64,000 bases of DNA from an uncultured Nitrospiraceae bacterium (GTDB taxonomy: Bacteria; Nitrospirota; Nitrospiria; Nitrospirales; Nitrospiraceae): the NCBI GenBank assembly GCA_963846575.1, contig CAWJWJ010000002.1, positions 2,816,001 to 2,880,000 on the forward strand, written 5' to 3'. This document shows positions 27,201 to 39,200 of this stretch, piece by piece. A program made the translations under genes and the position numbers. Within the stretch, counting starts at the first letter, position 1; each line of letters begins with the position of its first letter. The notes beneath the pieces are model-generated. The model was not told the origin of the DNA. It made no database searches and saw only the letters and a program-made list of their open reading frames with translations.

Positions 27201-29151
27201 TCGCGCGATTGCCCTGCCAGCCCCAGTTCAACACGCTGGCATCATAGGAACGCGTCTGGTCCCGCTCATCCTGTTTGTGTCCCGGCAGCCCTTGCGGCGG
27301 GAACTGCATGTCGACCCAGTCTTTCAGGGTGACGATGGCCGGTTCCGCCTTCCAATCGGTTTTGCCCTTCTCGATGATCTTGAATTGTTTCCCAAACCAA
27401 TCGACGGTCTTGCCGATCAGCTCATCGGACGTCACGCCCGTCTTGATGCGGCCCTTGCGGTCCGGCAGCTCCAACAGGTCCGGCATGACGTCGTTATGGT
27501 TCGCTCCCTGCTGGATCGTGTTGTACACGCGCCAGTAGCCCCACATCCCGGCGATGTAATGATGGGCGACGTGGCAATGGAACAGAAAATCTCCCGCCAG
27601 TTGCTGACAGAGCCCGGACCCGCACTCGGTTTCCAGATCCATCGTTTCGGACGGGCCGATGACTTCCACGTCGACCCGGTCGGACTTCATCCGGATCACC
27701 GGATATTTCACCGGACCGTTCTTCGCCGCATGCCACAGCGGCATTTCATCGATGGCCCGGGGGCTTCGCGGCCACCGGATGGAGCCGCCATGCGGATGGT
27801 GAGAGTGGAAGACTTCCGACCCGCCGTGCACGAGACGGAACTTGGCCGGGTCGCCGAGGTAACTGCGGGGAATCGTCGTGGCGGGATCGCCGAACGTATA
27901 GGCGCTGTAGGCCATCGATTCGTCCTCGAACCCGAAATATTCGTGCTGGGTCTGCATGTTGTCGACCCCGAACGGCTCGCTGCGGTAATTCAGCGCGCGG
28001 GCCACCGGTCGGTAGACGTCGGTCAGGGGATCGCGCTGCGGAATGAAGTCGCCCTTTTTGTTCAGCGGGCGAAAGGCCTCATCTCCGACCTCATGGTAGA
28101 AGAGGACGAACTCTCGAAAATCCGGGCCGGCTCCGTTCTTGATGATGGCCTGCCACCCGCTCTTGGTCGGCTTGGGATCTCCGGTCCCCAGCGGTTCGAG
28201 ATACTCGGATCCCTTCGGCTCGATCACGAAGGAACCGAACAGTCCCATCACGGTCAACTCACGATCGTTGCTATAGGAATGGAATTGGCGGCTGCCCTCC
28301 TGCTGCGTGGGCGGGATGTACCATTCCATCTCCACCGCCTTTCCCGGCGCGGCGATGCTGTCGGGATTCGTGGTGGTGGCCGGCTGACCGGTCGACGACA
28401 CAATCATGCTGGAGCCATGGATGTTCAAACTGACTTCTTCGTCGCCTTCCAACTGGTTGCGCAGCGTGAGCTTCACGCAATCGCCCTGGTTGCCGCGCAG
28501 GACCAGCGGTTGAATCCATTGATTCTGCAATCCGTTCATCACGGCGCCCGGATCGAATCCGTCCTGCTCGCGCGCGTCACGATTCTTGGTCTCTTCAGCG
28601 CGAACCTGATCAAGCGACTCGGTCAGGGCGTACATATAGCCGGGATAAAAATCGAGCCACATGTTCAGCGTGATCTCGACGTTGATGGCCGAGACGTCGT
28701 AGCTCCGGACCGGCGCGCCAGCGGGACAGCGCCCACCCGACAACGACACGGGCTCGACGCCGCTGTTCGACATCAACAACATGTCCTGGGCCCCGGCCCC
28801 GTACTGATGCAGCATATTGACGTTGTTGTACATCCCATCGGTGCGCTGATGGTTCGAATCCTGCGCGAGCTGATCGTTGATCTTGTCCATGATGCGCTGG
28901 TGCTGCCGCTCCATCATGGCCGTCCGCTCGACATGCCCTTCATGCGCATCTTCGACGATGGTTTGCCCCTTGAGTCGCTCCGCCCAGGCCGGCGTCTCGT
29001 GCGCCGTCGCATGCAGGTCGGCAGGCGCCGCCGAGACGACCTGGAATGCCCCGACGCACAACGATGGCAGCAACAGACCCATGAGGGACATCCAGGCCGC
29101 CGACGGCCTTCGCTGAGACCCCTTGCTCGCCCTAGTTCGTGCCGATTTCAT
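24268..29151 (-). CDS. Large multi-domain multicopper oxidase (MnxG-like), exported
   Basis: HSHHPHG, FHCHVAHHYIAGM, NTHWHF and FWHDH copper motifs; AGGAGG RBS supports ATG 29151. Confidence 0.88.
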   Translation of the reverse strand: MKSARTRASKGSQRRPSAAWMSLMGLLLPSLCVGAFQVVSAAPADLHATAHETPAWAERLKGQTIVEDAHEGHVERTAMMERQHQRIMDKINDQLAQDSNHQRTDGMYNNVNMLHQYGAGAQDMLLMSNSGVEPVSLSGGRCPAGAPVRSYDVSAINVEITLNMWLDFYPGYMYALTESLDQVRAEETKNRDAREQDGFDPGAVMNGLQNQWIQPLVLRGNQGDCVKLTLRNQLEGDEEVSLNIHGSSMIVSSTGQPATTTNPDSIAAPGKAVEMEWYIPPTQQEGSRQFHSYSNDRELTVMGLFGSFVIEPKGSEYLEPLGTGDPKPTKSGWQAIIKNGAGPDFREFVLFYHEVGDEAFRPLNKKGDFIPQRDPLTDVYRPVARALNYRSEPFGVDNMQTQHEYFGFEDESMAYSAYTFGDPATTIPRSYLGDPAKFRLVHGGSEVFHSHHPHGGSIRWPRSPRAIDEMPLWHAAKNGPVKYPVIRMKSDRVDVEVIGPSETMDLETECGSGLCQQLAGDFLFHCHVAHHYIAGMWGYWRVYNTIQQGANHNDVMPDLLELPDRKGRIKTGVTSDELIGKTVDWFGKQFKIIEKGKTDWKAEPAIVTLKDWVDMQFPPQGLPGHKQDERDQTRSYDASVLNWGWQGNRAMTEPENTVPNPRYQSAHPGERLPIVFEPLTGKVSWPHLKPHFGRRVPFSKNHNPSPWLEMIHLDDDGLPSSYPAKPGENGRWSLCPENAGSKKYNVHFINTPMTLADQQGETPAIKDEGGLIYVLHEEEAAIRKNNDLKYPLVVRSNIYDCVDWMLTSEWEDDDYSNFHSSKVNTHWHFLQFDNQSSDGVITGFSNEQSVRPFTMLEKKTKKGLPLPLNTVFTKAAKKGDRVITVKNAAQYHPEVEILIGADNVGGNEVGRIKSIKGNELTLVRPLKHDHPVKDIVTVEFVRQRFWVDSDVGTVFWHDHALGRITWGHGGFGTMIVEPVGSTYHDPKTGKPIRSGPLADIRTVEPVGYGVNGSFRELMVQLNDSVPHTINIVTAGNPPGQPIEVALEAGKTVSFPIPDHIKMTPMPFLNGGTHTTGGSLNFRAEPISGRLKADPDPSKLFSSAVHGDPYTPMVRAYLGDTVVFRLLQTMTNESMVWTLSGHTFLTERYAGDANRKNSIHIGIAERYDLVVPQAGGPRLQSGDYIHFNGRSSKFSEGAWGVLRVLDKDVPDLQKLPSGYSGRNVIPPAPAVCPADAPVKSFNVAAIDFPSMKLNQKAPDAIEVDFERTIQMVNPEAKIYVLEEDVATVASGAQPMPLTLRANIGDCLKVKLTNRMKESRASFSAIGLAFDPKDSLGANVGNNPGDQTVAPGESRLYTYYADPFIGETASLVWDWGNVMTNPRNGLFGGIVIGPKGASYRDPKTGADISTKNSWIADVIVDRTIQGYEHRSNYRDVALFFQDEDNIIGTSFMPYVQNTAGLTAVNYRSEPYKFRESNGCTLGRMFQPCSVDQPESLATPLIEAHAGDPVRIHVFGASNEQNGMFGVEKHEWPIEPFMRGADQISVVEFSASETLDAFIPAAGGSFRLPGDYVWSNQRLPYAQSGQWGLLKVLPLDDQRILPLSQHGPSTKRAKSEQGEGQISRSTASMP

Positions 29152-29339
29152 GCCTCTACCTCCTCGTGAAACCGTCATCACCGTAACCTCAATTCAAAAT
29201 CGTTCGGTCAGGCGCCGCCGAACCTGCCGCTCATGGAGTGGATCACTCCGGAGGCCGGTCCTTTGTTCACTCATCCGTGAACCGGACGGGTGACCTGTGG
29301 TCCTTACACCGTTGGACCTGTACGTACCAACGGCAGTAG

Positions 29340-29355
29340 AGCAACTCCCGTTCCT
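29340..29355 (-). promoter_or_regulatory. Sigma54 -24/-12 promoter
   Basis: Minus strand AGGAACGGGAGTTGCT = GG-N10-GC with TTGC; the adjacent gene is a sigma54 activator. Confidence 0.65.
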
Positions 29356-29427
29356 CATCTGAACAGTCTGAAAAAGCGACAATCCGCCGTGAATTGTGGC
29401 GGAGAACGATCACGGCCGGATCGGGAA

Positions 29428-29539
29428 ATGGGACATCGATGCCCCATCATCAGCGGGTGAAACAGGTGTAAGCGATCGAGTTTGTTATCGAAGTGTGGTG
29501 GTCGGAAGATTGCGCCCGCATGGGACATCGATGCCCCAT
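29428..29539. promoter_or_regulatory. Two identical 20-bp near-palindromes (candidate enhancer sites)
   Basis: atgggacatcgatgccccat at 29428-29447 and 29520-29539. Confidence 0.7.
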
Positions 29540-29632
29540 GGCGGAGGCCGGTCACGTCGAACGAAATGTCCGGCCATCGGAAACGGTGAGTTTTGACCGT
29601 TTCAGGAAACGGCCGGCCTGCTTAACGGGGCA

Positions 29633-31051
29633 TCAACAGAGCGCGCGGAGTCCGTGTTTCTTCACCATGCGCTCGATGGTCTTGCGGTCGACACCGGCCT
29701 CGCGCGCGGCGCGGCCCATGTGCCCTTCGTGCCGCTTCAAGAGCTCGATCAGGAAGCTGCGCTCAAACGTGGTGACGGCCGCTTGTTTCGCATGTTTGAA
29801 CGACGCGGCTTCGCCGGAACCTGCATCATCCGTCTCGATCTTGCGCAGGCGCTCCGGCAGGTGGGCATTCAAGATGAGCGGACCCTCGGCGAGTACCGCA
29901 GCCCGCTCGATGACATTTTGCAGTTCACGGACATTGCCCGGCCAGGAGTACCGGCACAACAGGTCCGTCGCGGACGCACTCAACTCCGGCACGAACGCGG
30001 CGCCGGGTCGTTGTTGTTTCAGGAACCGCCGGAGAAATTCCCTGGCCAGGAGCGGAATATCCCCGTCCCTGTTCCGCAACGGCGGCAGAGCGATGGGAAT
30101 GACGTTCAGGCGGTAATAGAGGTCCTCGCGAAACTCACCGCGCCGGCAGGCCGCTTCGAGATCTTGATTGGAGGCTGCAATCACGCGCACGTCCACCTCC
30201 ATGAACCGGATTCCGCCGACCCGTCGCATGTGCCGCTCCTGCAAGACGCGCAACAGGCGTGACTGCAGGGTCTGGCTCATCCCGCTGACTTCGTCGAGAA
30301 AGACCGTCCCGCCCGACGCCACTTCAAACAACCCTGGTTTTGATACGTGAGCCCCGGTGAAGGCCCCCTTTTCATGGCCGAAGAGTTCCGATTCGAGCAA
30401 GGTATCGGGAAGGGAAACGCAATCCACGGGCACGAAGGGGCGGTCGGCCCGGAGGCTGGCGTCATGAATCGCATGCGCGACCAACTCTTTTCCTGTTCCG
30501 CTTTCCCCGTAGACCAGGACGTTCGAATGGGTGGGGGCGACTTTTTGAATCAGATCAAAGACCGTGTGCATGGCCCGGCTTTCGCCGATGACGGACGCGA
30601 ATCTGGCGGGCCTGCGTGCAGGCATCGGATTCCGGTCCTCCTGTTGTCCGGCCGCTACGGTTTCCGGACCGAGACCCGCGCTCCCTGCCGCGAACGCGCG
30701 ACGGGCCACTTGCAGAAGATCGCTGCTCGCAAACGGCTTGGTGATGTAGTCGAACGCCCCATACCGCATGGAACTCACGGCGGTCTCCACGGTGGCGTGG
30801 GCCGTCAGCAGGACGACCTGCACGGAAGGATCGAGACGCTTGGCGGCCGTCAAGACTTCGATCCCGTCCAGATCGGGCATTCGTAGATCGGTGAGAATCA
30901 GGCCGGGGCGTTCGCGCTGAATGATCTCGAGCGCGCGCACCGGATTACATTCCGTGAGGCAGTCGTACGGGACGCGGCTCAGGATGCGGCGACAATTGTC
31001 CAGTGCATCCTGCTCGTCGTCGACGATCAGGATTTTTCCTGCAATCCCCAT
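29633..31051 (-). CDS. Sigma54-dependent response regulator (NtrC/AtoC family)
   Basis: REC domain, GESGTGKE Walker [18 protein letters not shown], Fis-type HTH. Confidence 0.96.
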   Translation of the reverse strand: MGIAGKILIVDDEQDALDNCRRILSRVPYDCLTECNPVRALEIIQRERPGLILTDLRMPDLDGIEVLTAAKRLDPSVQVVLLTAHATVETAVSSMRYGAFDYITKPFASSDLLQVARRAFAAGSAGLGPETVAAGQQEDRNPMPARRPARFASVIGESRAMHTVFDLIQKVAPTHSNVLVYGESGTGKELVAHAIHDASLRADRPFVPVDCVSLPDTLLESELFGHEKGAFTGAHVSKPGLFEVASGGTVFLDEVSGMSQTLQSRLLRVLQERHMRRVGGIRFMEVDVRVIAASNQDLEAACRRGEFREDLYYRLNVIPIALPPLRNRDGDIPLLAREFLRRFLKQQRPGAAFVPELSASATDLLCRYSWPGNVRELQNVIERAAVLAEGPLILNAHLPERLRKIETDDAGSGEAASFKHAKQAAVTTFERSFLIELLKRHEGHMGRAAREAGVDRKTIERMVKKHGLRALC

Positions 31052-33066
31052 GGTGCTCCTTCATCAACCGGAATTCCCAGGCCCGTGCCCGGCAGATACA
31101 CATCGAACGTCGCGCCCGCGGTCCCGTTTCGCGCCTCGATCCGGCCGCGGTGGTCCGAGAGAATACCGAAACTGAGAAACAGGCCGAGCCCGGTCCCCTG
31201 ACCGGCCGGCTTGGTGGTGAAGAACGGATCGAACACCCGGTCCAGGATCGCGGCTGGAATGCCCGGCCCGTTGTCAGAGACCGTGACCCGTACCCACTCG
31301 TCTCCATTCATGCGCGCGCGGGCCGTGCTCACCGTGATCACGCCCTGGGCCGTATACCCGGTCACCGCATCAATCGCATTGTTGATGAGATTCAACAGCA
31401 CGGTTTCCAACCGGTCACGATCTCCCATCACCGGCGGTAATTCCGGCGCCAGCCGGGTTTCGAGCCGCATGGCACGCCCGGCCACCCGTTCGCCGGACAT
31501 CGCCACGCAAGTCCGGACCACACAATTCAAGTCGAGCGGTTTCAACGTCGACACCGTGCCGCGGGAAAACGTGAGGATGCTGCGGGTGACCCGGGAAATC
31601 CGCTCCGCCTGAATGCGAATCGTGGCGAGATCCCGCTCGACCTCATGGGTCAGTTGTGTCTGGGCCGCATCGGCCTCCATGCATTCGATCCGGTTCAAGA
31701 TGATGCCGAGCGGATTGTTGATCTCGTGGGCGATCCCGCTGGCGACCTTGCCCAGGGTGGCCAGGCGTTCCGACAGCTCCAGTTTGCGCATGTGCCGGGT
31801 GATCTCAGCCGTTTTTTCTTCCACGCGATGAGTCAGCGCCGCGTTCAGGGACTCCAGCTCCGTTCGTGACGCCTGCAAGCGATCCGCCATGCGATGCACC
31901 GCCCCGGCCAGTTCTTCGAACTCATCTCCGGTTCGCAGATCGAGCGGACCGTCGTAGGTTCCCCGGCTGATGGCTTCGACTCCTGTCTTCAACACCTGGA
32001 TCGGACGCGCAATTCTGGTCGCCACATAGCGCCCGATCGCCCACAGGAGCCCCACCATCACGAGTCCGATCGCCGCCAGGTTGCGGAGCTGGTCTCGAAT
32101 CGGCGCGTAACTCTCCACCGGCTGCTGCCGCACAAAAATATGCCAGCTGTTGTCCGGCAGGGTCAGACCGGTGACGGGCGCATACCCCACCACCGTATCG
32201 GTTCCGCCATGCCCGTCGTCATCGGCAATTCCCCAGCCGGGATCGGACGAGACGATCATGGCCATCAGCTGACCGGGAATGCGATGGGCCTGCCGGGGAA
32301 GGATGGGACAGACCAACGGCTCTCCGGCCGCGTTGAAGAGCATGGCATGCCCGGTTTGCCCGATCCGGATCTGGTTGATCATGCCGAAGAGGGTGTCGAA
32401 CCGGTAGGAGGCTTTGACGGCCCCGATGACGGTATGGTGCCGGTCGTCCAGAATCGGCACCGCGATATCGATCGTTTCTTCCGGCGTACGGAACGACCCT
32501 TCCTTGGCAGGTATCAATCCGCTGACATGCACCCCTTCGGTGCCGCCAGCATGGACCGCATTCCACCAGGGTTCCTGGCTGAACGAATAGTGATCGGGTT
32601 CCGAACTGGCCGCCACCAGTGAGCCGAACCGGTCGACGATCAAGAGGCCCACGACCTTGTTTCCGCTTCGCACCTTCGTGTCGAGGAGGAAGCGAGAAAG
32701 CCCGTCATCCAATAACCGCGCCGCAGCTTCCTTGCCCGTTTCCCAGACCTGCATACGTTCCTGGATGAGCTCAGCAGCCTCGCCGGGCGCTGCGGGATAG
32801 GCGCGGTTGGCGCCCTCCACCGGTTGACGCACCCGGAGCGGAGCAGAACCCAGGAGGCGGACCGCCTGAATTTCGCTCTGGACCAACATCGTCACCCGGT
32901 CGGCTGCTTGCACCGCCACCGCCTGCAGGTTGCCGCCGATGAGGTCCCGCAGCGATTGCATGCCGGACATGTAGGCGAGGACAAGGCCGATCACGAGCGG
33001 GACGCAGCCCACCAGCACAATCGCCAGCACAATGCGGCCCTTGATGGTACGTATCGTCGGTGCCAT
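31027..33066 (-). CDS. Membrane sensor histidine kinase (Cache-like, HAMP, HisKA, HATPase)
   Basis: Two TM helices, AHEINNPL H-box, DNGPGI, FDPFFTTK, GTGLGL. Confidence 0.95.
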   Translation of the reverse strand: MAPTIRTIKGRIVLAIVLVGCVPLVIGLVLAYMSGMQSLRDLIGGNLQAVAVQAADRVTMLVQSEIQAVRLLGSAPLRVRQPVEGANRAYPAAPGEAAELIQERMQVWETGKEAAARLLDDGLSRFLLDTKVRSGNKVVGLLIVDRFGSLVAASSEPDHYSFSQEPWWNAVHAGGTEGVHVSGLIPAKEGSFRTPEETIDIAVPILDDRHHTVIGAVKASYRFDTLFGMINQIRIGQTGHAMLFNAAGEPLVCPILPRQAHRIPGQLMAMIVSSDPGWGIADDDGHGGTDTVVGYAPVTGLTLPDNSWHIFVRQQPVESYAPIRDQLRNLAAIGLVMVGLLWAIGRYVATRIARPIQVLKTGVEAISRGTYDGPLDLRTGDEFEELAGAVHRMADRLQASRTELESLNAALTHRVEEKTAEITRHMRKLELSERLATLGKVASGIAHEINNPLGIILNRIECMEADAAQTQLTHEVERDLATIRIQAERISRVTRSILTFSRGTVSTLKPLDLNCVVRTCVAMSGERVAGRAMRLETRLAPELPPVMGDRDRLETVLLNLINNAIDAVTGYTAQGVITVSTARARMNGDEWVRVTVSDNGPGIPAAILDRVFDPFFTTKPAGQGTGLGLFLSFGILSDHRGRIEARNGTAGATFDVYLPGTGLGIPVDEGAPWGLQEKS

Positions 33067-33150
33067 ACGGTTCCGCACATTGTAAACAGGGGGGAAAAGA
33101 AAACGCCACCGTCCGGGCGCGCGTGGGCCTGGTGGCGGACGATGGCGCGC

Positions 33151-36100
33151 TCAAGCGGCGGGATGGAGGGCGCCGGCACGGGACTTGGCCCAACGGAGCC
33201 GGAGACGGTCGAGATACAAATACACGACCGGGGTCGTGTAGAGGGTCAGCACTTGGCTCACCAGCAGGCCGCCCACGATGGCGATGCCCAGCGGACGCCG
33301 CAGCTCCGACCCCACCCCCGTACCGACGGCCAGCGGAAGCGCGCCCAGCAGAGCGGCCATGGTCGTCATCATGATCGGACGAAACCGCAACAGGCAGGCT
33401 TCGTAAATAGCTTCGGCCGGCGACGTGCCCTCCTCCATGCGCTCCCGTTGCAGCGCGAAGTCGATCATCATGATGGCGTTCTTCTTCACGATGCCGATTA
33501 GCAGCATGATCCCGATGAGAGCGATCATGGTGAGTTCCGTGTCGAACAGCAGCAGGCCGAGCAAGGCGCCGACCCCGGCGGATGGCAGGGTCGAGAGGAT
33601 CGTGAGGGGATGGATATAACTCTCGTAGAGGATCCCCAGCACGATGTACATGGCGAGCAACGCGGCCAGGATCAGCCAGGGCTGATTTCCGACCGAAGAC
33701 TGAAAGGCCTTGGCGGTGCCCTGAAACGTCCCCTGCACGCCGGCCGGCAACGCGAGCTCATGCATGGCCTGGTCGATAGCTCGCACCGCCGCACCGAGCG
33801 ACACGCCCGGCGCCATGGTGAACGACAGGGTCACGCCGGGAAACTGGCCCTGGTGATTCACCGACAGGAGGGTATTGGCCGCCTCGTATCTGGTGACGGC
33901 GCTCAGCGGCACCTGGGCGCCCGTCGGCGCGCGGACATAGATGTCATGGAGGGCGGAGGGGCTCTGCCAATACTGCGGTGCCACTTCCATCACGACGTGG
34001 TATTGATTCAACGGCGTGTAGAGAATCGACACCTGGCGTTGGCCGAACGCGTCATACAGGGTATCGTCGATGAGTTGAGGGCTCAATCCGAGCCGCGACG
34101 CCGTGGCCCGATCGAACACCACCAGCTGTTGCTGCCCCTTGTCCTGCTGGTCGCTGTTGACGTCCACGATCTCCGGCAGGCTTCGCAACTTGGCCTCCAC
34201 GATCGGAGCCCAGGTGTTGAGTTCAGGCAGGTCCACACTCTGCAGCGTATATTGGTATTGTGCGCTGCTGGCCCGGCCTCCGACGCGCAAATCCTGAATC
34301 GGCTGGAAGTAGGTGGGGGCACCGGCAACCTTCGCCAGTTTCGGACGCAGCCTGGCGATGACCTGATCGGAGCTCATACCGCGCTCCTCGAGCGGCTTGA
34401 GCGACACGAACATCCGTCCGGTGTTGGTCGTGCCGTACCCGCCGCCGCCCGTGAAGCCGTTCACCTGGTCCACCGCGGGATCACTTTGCACGATGTCCAT
34501 CACCTCGTTCAGCTTTTCCCGCATGGCTTGAAACGAAATGTCCTGCGCGGCCTGAATGCTGCCGAAGAGCCGGCCCGTATCCTGATGGGGGAAAAACCCT
34601 TTCGGCACGATGATGTACAGATAGACCGTCACGGCCATCGTACCGAGCGTCACCACCAGCATCGTACGAGGGTGCCGCAGCACCCACGTCAGGCTGCTCG
34701 CATACCCGCGGCGCATGGCCACGAAGATCCGCTCGCTCACGCGATAACTCCAGCCATGCGAGCCGTTCGGTTCCGACTTCAACACCCGGGCGCAGAGCAT
34801 CGGAATGGTTGTGAGCGCGACCACCAGGGACACCAGGATCGCCACCGAGAGCGTCACCGCGAATTCCCGGAACAGCCGTCCGAGCATGCCCCCCATGAAA
34901 AAAATCGGGATGAACACCGCCACGAGCGACAGGGTCATCGAGAGCACCGTAAAGGCCACGTCCTTGGCTCCACGGAAGGCGGCCTCCATCGCCGGCATCC
35001 CCTGTTCGCGATAACGTGAAATATTCTCGAGCACCACGATGGCATCGTCCACCACGAACCCGGTGGCGATCGTGAGGGCCATGAGCGAGAGGTTGTCGAG
35101 GCTATAGCCGCCCAGATACATGACCCCGAAGGTGGAGATCAGCGACACGGGGACGGCAATCGTCGGAATCAGCGTGGCCCGCAGGTTGCGGAGAAACACG
35201 AATACCACCAGAATCACCAGCGCGACGGAGATCAGGAGGGTCTTCTCCACCTCATGCAGCGAGGCGCGGATCACCGGGGTGCGATCCATCACGACGGACA
35301 ACGAAATACTGCCCGGGAGCGAAGCGTTCAACTGGGGCACCAGTCCGCGCAGGCGATCGACCGTCTCGATGATGTTCGCGCCGGCCTGCCGGAAGATGAT
35401 CACCAGCACGGCCGGCTTCCCGTTGGTCATCCCCATGTTGCGCAGGTCTTCGACCGACTGTTCGACCGTCGCGACATCGGAGAGGTGAACGGCGCGTCCG
35501 TTGCGATAGGCCACGATCAGGTCCTGATAGTCCTCGGCGCGGTGCAATTGATCGTTGGTCCTGATCTCCCATGTGCGATCATCGGAAGCCAGCTGCCCCT
35601 TCGGACGATTCACGTTGGTCGAGATGAGCACCTGCCGGACATCGCCCAGACCGATGCCGTACTTATTCAGGGCCGTGGGATTGAGGCCGACCCGTATGGC
35701 CGGAAGCGATCCTCCGCCCACATAGACCTGCCCCACCCCTTCCACCTGAGAGAGCTTTTGCTGGAGGATGCTCGACGCCGCGTCATACATCTCTCCCTGG
35801 CTCACGAGTTCGGAGGTTAACGACAAAATGAGAATGGGGCCGTCGGCCGGATTGACCTTGCGGTACCGTGGACTGCTGGGGAGATTGGCCGGCAGGTCGG
35901 CGCGAGCGGCGTTGATGGCCGCCTGCACGTCGCGTGCGGCGCCGTCGATATCGCGGTCCATCTCGAACTGCAGGGTCACGCTGGTCCCCCCGATGGTGCT
36001 CGAAGACGTCATTTCGGTGACGCCGGCGATGCGTGAAAACTGATGTTCGAGCGGCGCCGCCACCGAAGAGGCCATGATCTCGGGACTCGCGCCGGGCAGG

Positions 36101-36249
36101 GAGGCCGACACGCTGATCGTTGGAAACTCCACCTGGGGAAGCGAGGCGACGGGCAGGAAACGAAAGGCCACCAGACCGATCAGCGTGACGCCGATCGTGA
36201 GTAACATCGTCGCGACGGGACGCCGGATGAAGGGAGCCGAGACATTCAT
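33151..36249 (-). CDS. mdtC: RND efflux permease, MdtC-like
   Basis: [36 protein letters not shown]; third gene of an mdtABC-type operon. Confidence 0.9.
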   Translation of the reverse strand: MNVSAPFIRRPVATMLLTIGVTLIGLVAFRFLPVASLPQVEFPTISVSASLPGASPEIMASSVAAPLEHQFSRIAGVTEMTSSSTIGGTSVTLQFEMDRDIDGAARDVQAAINAARADLPANLPSSPRYRKVNPADGPILILSLTSELVSQGEMYDAASSILQQKLSQVEGVGQVYVGGGSLPAIRVGLNPTALNKYGIGLGDVRQVLISTNVNRPKGQLASDDRTWEIRTNDQLHRAEDYQDLIVAYRNGRAVHLSDVATVEQSVEDLRNMGMTNGKPAVLVIIFRQAGANIIETVDRLRGLVPQLNASLPGSISLSVVMDRTPVIRASLHEVEKTLLISVALVILVVFVFLRNLRATLIPTIAVPVSLISTFGVMYLGGYSLDNLSLMALTIATGFVVDDAIVVLENISRYREQGMPAMEAAFRGAKDVAFTVLSMTLSLVAVFIPIFFMGGMLGRLFREFAVTLSVAILVSLVVALTTIPMLCARVLKSEPNGSHGWSYRVSERIFVAMRRGYASSLTWVLRHPRTMLVVTLGTMAVTVYLYIIVPKGFFPHQDTGRLFGSIQAAQDISFQAMREKLNEVMDIVQSDPAVDQVNGFTGGGGYGTTNTGRMFVSLKPLEERGMSSDQVIARLRPKLAKVAGAPTYFQPIQDLRVGGRASSAQYQYTLQSVDLPELNTWAPIVEAKLRSLPEIVDVNSDQQDKGQQQLVVFDRATASRLGLSPQLIDDTLYDAFGQRQVSILYTPLNQYHVVMEVAPQYWQSPSALHDIYVRAPTGAQVPLSAVTRYEAANTLLSVNHQGQFPGVTLSFTMAPGVSLGAAVRAIDQAMHELALPAGVQGTFQGTAKAFQSSVGNQPWLILAALLAMYIVLGILYESYIHPLTILSTLPSAGVGALLGLLLFDTELTMIALIGIMLLIGIVKKNAIMMIDFALQRERMEEGTSPAEAIYEACLLRFRPIMMTTMAALLGALPLAVGTGVGSELRRPLGIAIVGGLLVSQVLTLYTTPVVYLYLDRLRLRWAKSRAGALHPAA

Positions 36250-39200
36250 GACGGTCCCACCGGCACCCCTACCGGGATCGTGCCGGGGCGAGGGTCGCGA
36301 CGGAATCGGGCCGCGAGCCGATCCAGCGCGAGGTACACCACCGGCGTCGTATAGAGGGTCAGGAGCTGGCTCAATAAGAGGCCGCCGACAATCGACACCC
36401 CGAGCGGCCGCCGCAGCTCCGATCCCACGCCGGAACTCATCGCCAGCGGCAGGGCTGCCAGCAGCGCGGCCATCGTCGTCATCATGATCGGACGGAACCG
36501 GAGCAGCGCCGCCTCATAAATGGCCTCCTCCGGCAACTTGCGCTCGCTCCGTTCCGCATCCAGGGCGAAGTCGATCATCATGATCGCGTTCTTCTTCACG
36601 ATGCCGATCAGCAGGATAATGCCGATGAGCGCAATGACGCTGAACTCCATGCGCAGGACCATCAAGGCCAGCAGCGCGCCGACGCCGGCCGAGGGCAGGG
36701 TGGACAGAATCGTGAGCGGGTGGATGTAACTTTCGTACAAAATGCCGAGCACGATATACACGGTGATCAGAGCAGCCAGGATCAGCAAGGGTTCATTCCC
36801 CAAGGCGGCCTGGAAGGCCTGTGCCGCTCCCTGGAAACTGCCACGGATGCTGGCGGGCAGCCCCAGTTCCTGCTTCACCTGCCGGATCGCCTCCACAGCC
36901 TCTCCGAGCGAACTCCCCGATGCAAGATTGAAGGAGATGGTGACAGCGGGAAACTGGTCCTGCCGGCTGACGACGAGCGGCACCTTGGTTTCCGTCACCG
37001 TCGTGAACACGTTCAAGGGCACCGAACCGCCGCTTCCGCGCACTTCGATCAGCTGCAGCGCGTCCGGCCCCTTTTGAAATTCCGGCATCACTTCGAGAAT
37101 GACGCGGTATTGATTCAACTGCGTGAAGATCGTGGAGACCTGCCGCTGCCCGAAGGCGTCGTACAACGTGTCGGTGATAAGTTGCGGGGTAATGCCCAAC
37201 CGGGAGGCCGTCTTGCGGTCGATTTCGACCAACGAGGCCAACCCCTGGTTTTGCTGATCGCTGCTGACATCCCGAAGTTCAGGCCGTTGTTGGAGCGCTT
37301 CCAACATTTGGACGCCCAGCGGTGCAGCTCGGCGGTATCGGCGTCTTCAAGCGTGTACTGAAACTGGGTGCGACTGACCCGGTCTTCGACCGTCAGATCC
37401 TGCACCGGTTGCATGTGCAGCGTGATCCCGTCCACCCCGGCGGCTCGCGCCGCAAGCCGCCGGATCAGGTCGCGGATCTCCTCCCGCCGCTCATCAGGCG
37501 ACTTCACGTTGATATACATCCGCCCGCTGTTCAGCGTCGCATTCGTGCCATCGACCCCAATGAAGGACGACAGGCCTTCGACCGCCGGTTCTTCCAGAAG
37601 GGCCGTTGCCAGAGCCTGCTGGCGATCGGCCATCGTCTTGAAGGACACGGACTGCGGGGCTTCGGTGATGCCGAGAATCATGCCCGTATCCTGGATCGGA
37701 AAGAAGCCTTTCGGGATGATGACGAACAACATCAGGGTCAGGACCAACGTGCCGGCCGTAAGCACCAACGCCGCCTTCTGCCGACGCAGCACCCAGCGCA
37801 AACTGGTCCCGTAGCCGGCGATGATCCGGTCCAACACCCGTTGCGACGCCCGGGCGAACCGGCCGGGCTCTTCCTCCCGCCGGCCGCGCAACAGCCTGGC
37901 GCACATCATCGGCGTGAGCGTCAGGGAGACGACGGCGGAGATGAGGATGGTAATACTCAGCGTCACGGCAAACTCACGGAACAATCGTCCCACCACATCG
38001 CCCATGAAGAGCAACGGAATCAGCACGGCGATCAGCGAGACGGTCAGGGAGAGAATCGTGAAGCGCAATCTGTTTCGACCCCTTGAGGGCCGCCTGGAGC
38101 GGCGACTCTCCCCGCTCGATGTACCGCACGATGTTCTCGATCATGACGATGGCATCGTCCACCACGAACCCGGTCGAGATCGTGAGGGCCATCAACGTCA
38201 GGTTGTTCAGGCTGAATCCCATCAGGTGCATCACCCCGAAGGTGCCGACCAGCGAGAGGGGAACCGCCGCCGCCGGAATCGCCGTGGCGGACCACGTCCG
38301 CAAGAACAAGAAGATCACGAGAATGACCAGGGCCACCGCCAGGGCCAACTCGACCTGCACGTCGCGGATGGTCGCGCGGATCGACGTCGTGCGGTCGGTC
38401 AATATCGTCGCCTGCACGGCGGGAGGAAGCGTGCCCTCCAACTGCGGCAGGATGCGCTTGACCCGATCGACGACCTCGATGACGTTGGCCCCCGGCTGAC
38501 GTTGTATATTGACGATCACCGCCGGCACATCGTTCTTCCAGGCTGCCTGTTTCGTATTTTCGACGTCGTCGATCACCACGGCGACATCGGACAGGCGCAC
38601 CGGGGCGCCGTTTCGATAGGCGATGATCAAGGCCTCATATTCCCTGCCGGAGAAGAGCTGATCCGTGGCATTGATGATCGAGGACCGGCGCGGGCCGTCG
38701 AATCCGCCCTTTGCCTGATTCACATTGGCGGCCGCGACCACGGATCGCAAATCCTCCAACGTCATCCCGTAGGACGCCAGGGCGCGCGGATTCGCCTGGA
38801 TACGCACCGCCGGACGCTGCCCGCCGCTGATGCTCACCAGACCGACCCCGGAAAGCTGCGAGATCTTCTGCGCGAATCTGGTTTCCGCGAGATCGCGAAC
38901 CTGCGGGAGCGGCAGGGTCGCGGAGGTCAGCGCCAGGGTCAGAATCGGCGCGTCGGCGGGATTGACCTTGCTATAGACGGGCGGAGTCGGCAGGTCGCGC
39001 GGCAGGAAGGTGGCGGCCTGATTCATGGCGGCCTGCACTTCCTGTTCGGCTACATCCAGGTTGATCTCGAGACTGAACTGCAGCGTGACGACCGAACTTC
39101 CGCCTGAACTGACGGAGGTCATCTGGATGAGTCCGGGCATCTGGCCGAACTGGCGTTCCAGCGGTGCGGTGATGGACGACGTCATCACGTCCGGGCCCGC

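Noticed and set aside
24871..29169. Long plus-strand ORFs (24871..26619, 27151..29169) and similar ones opposite mdtBC, lnt and the protease
   Set aside because: Antisense shadows of GC-rich genes with no recognisable motifs.
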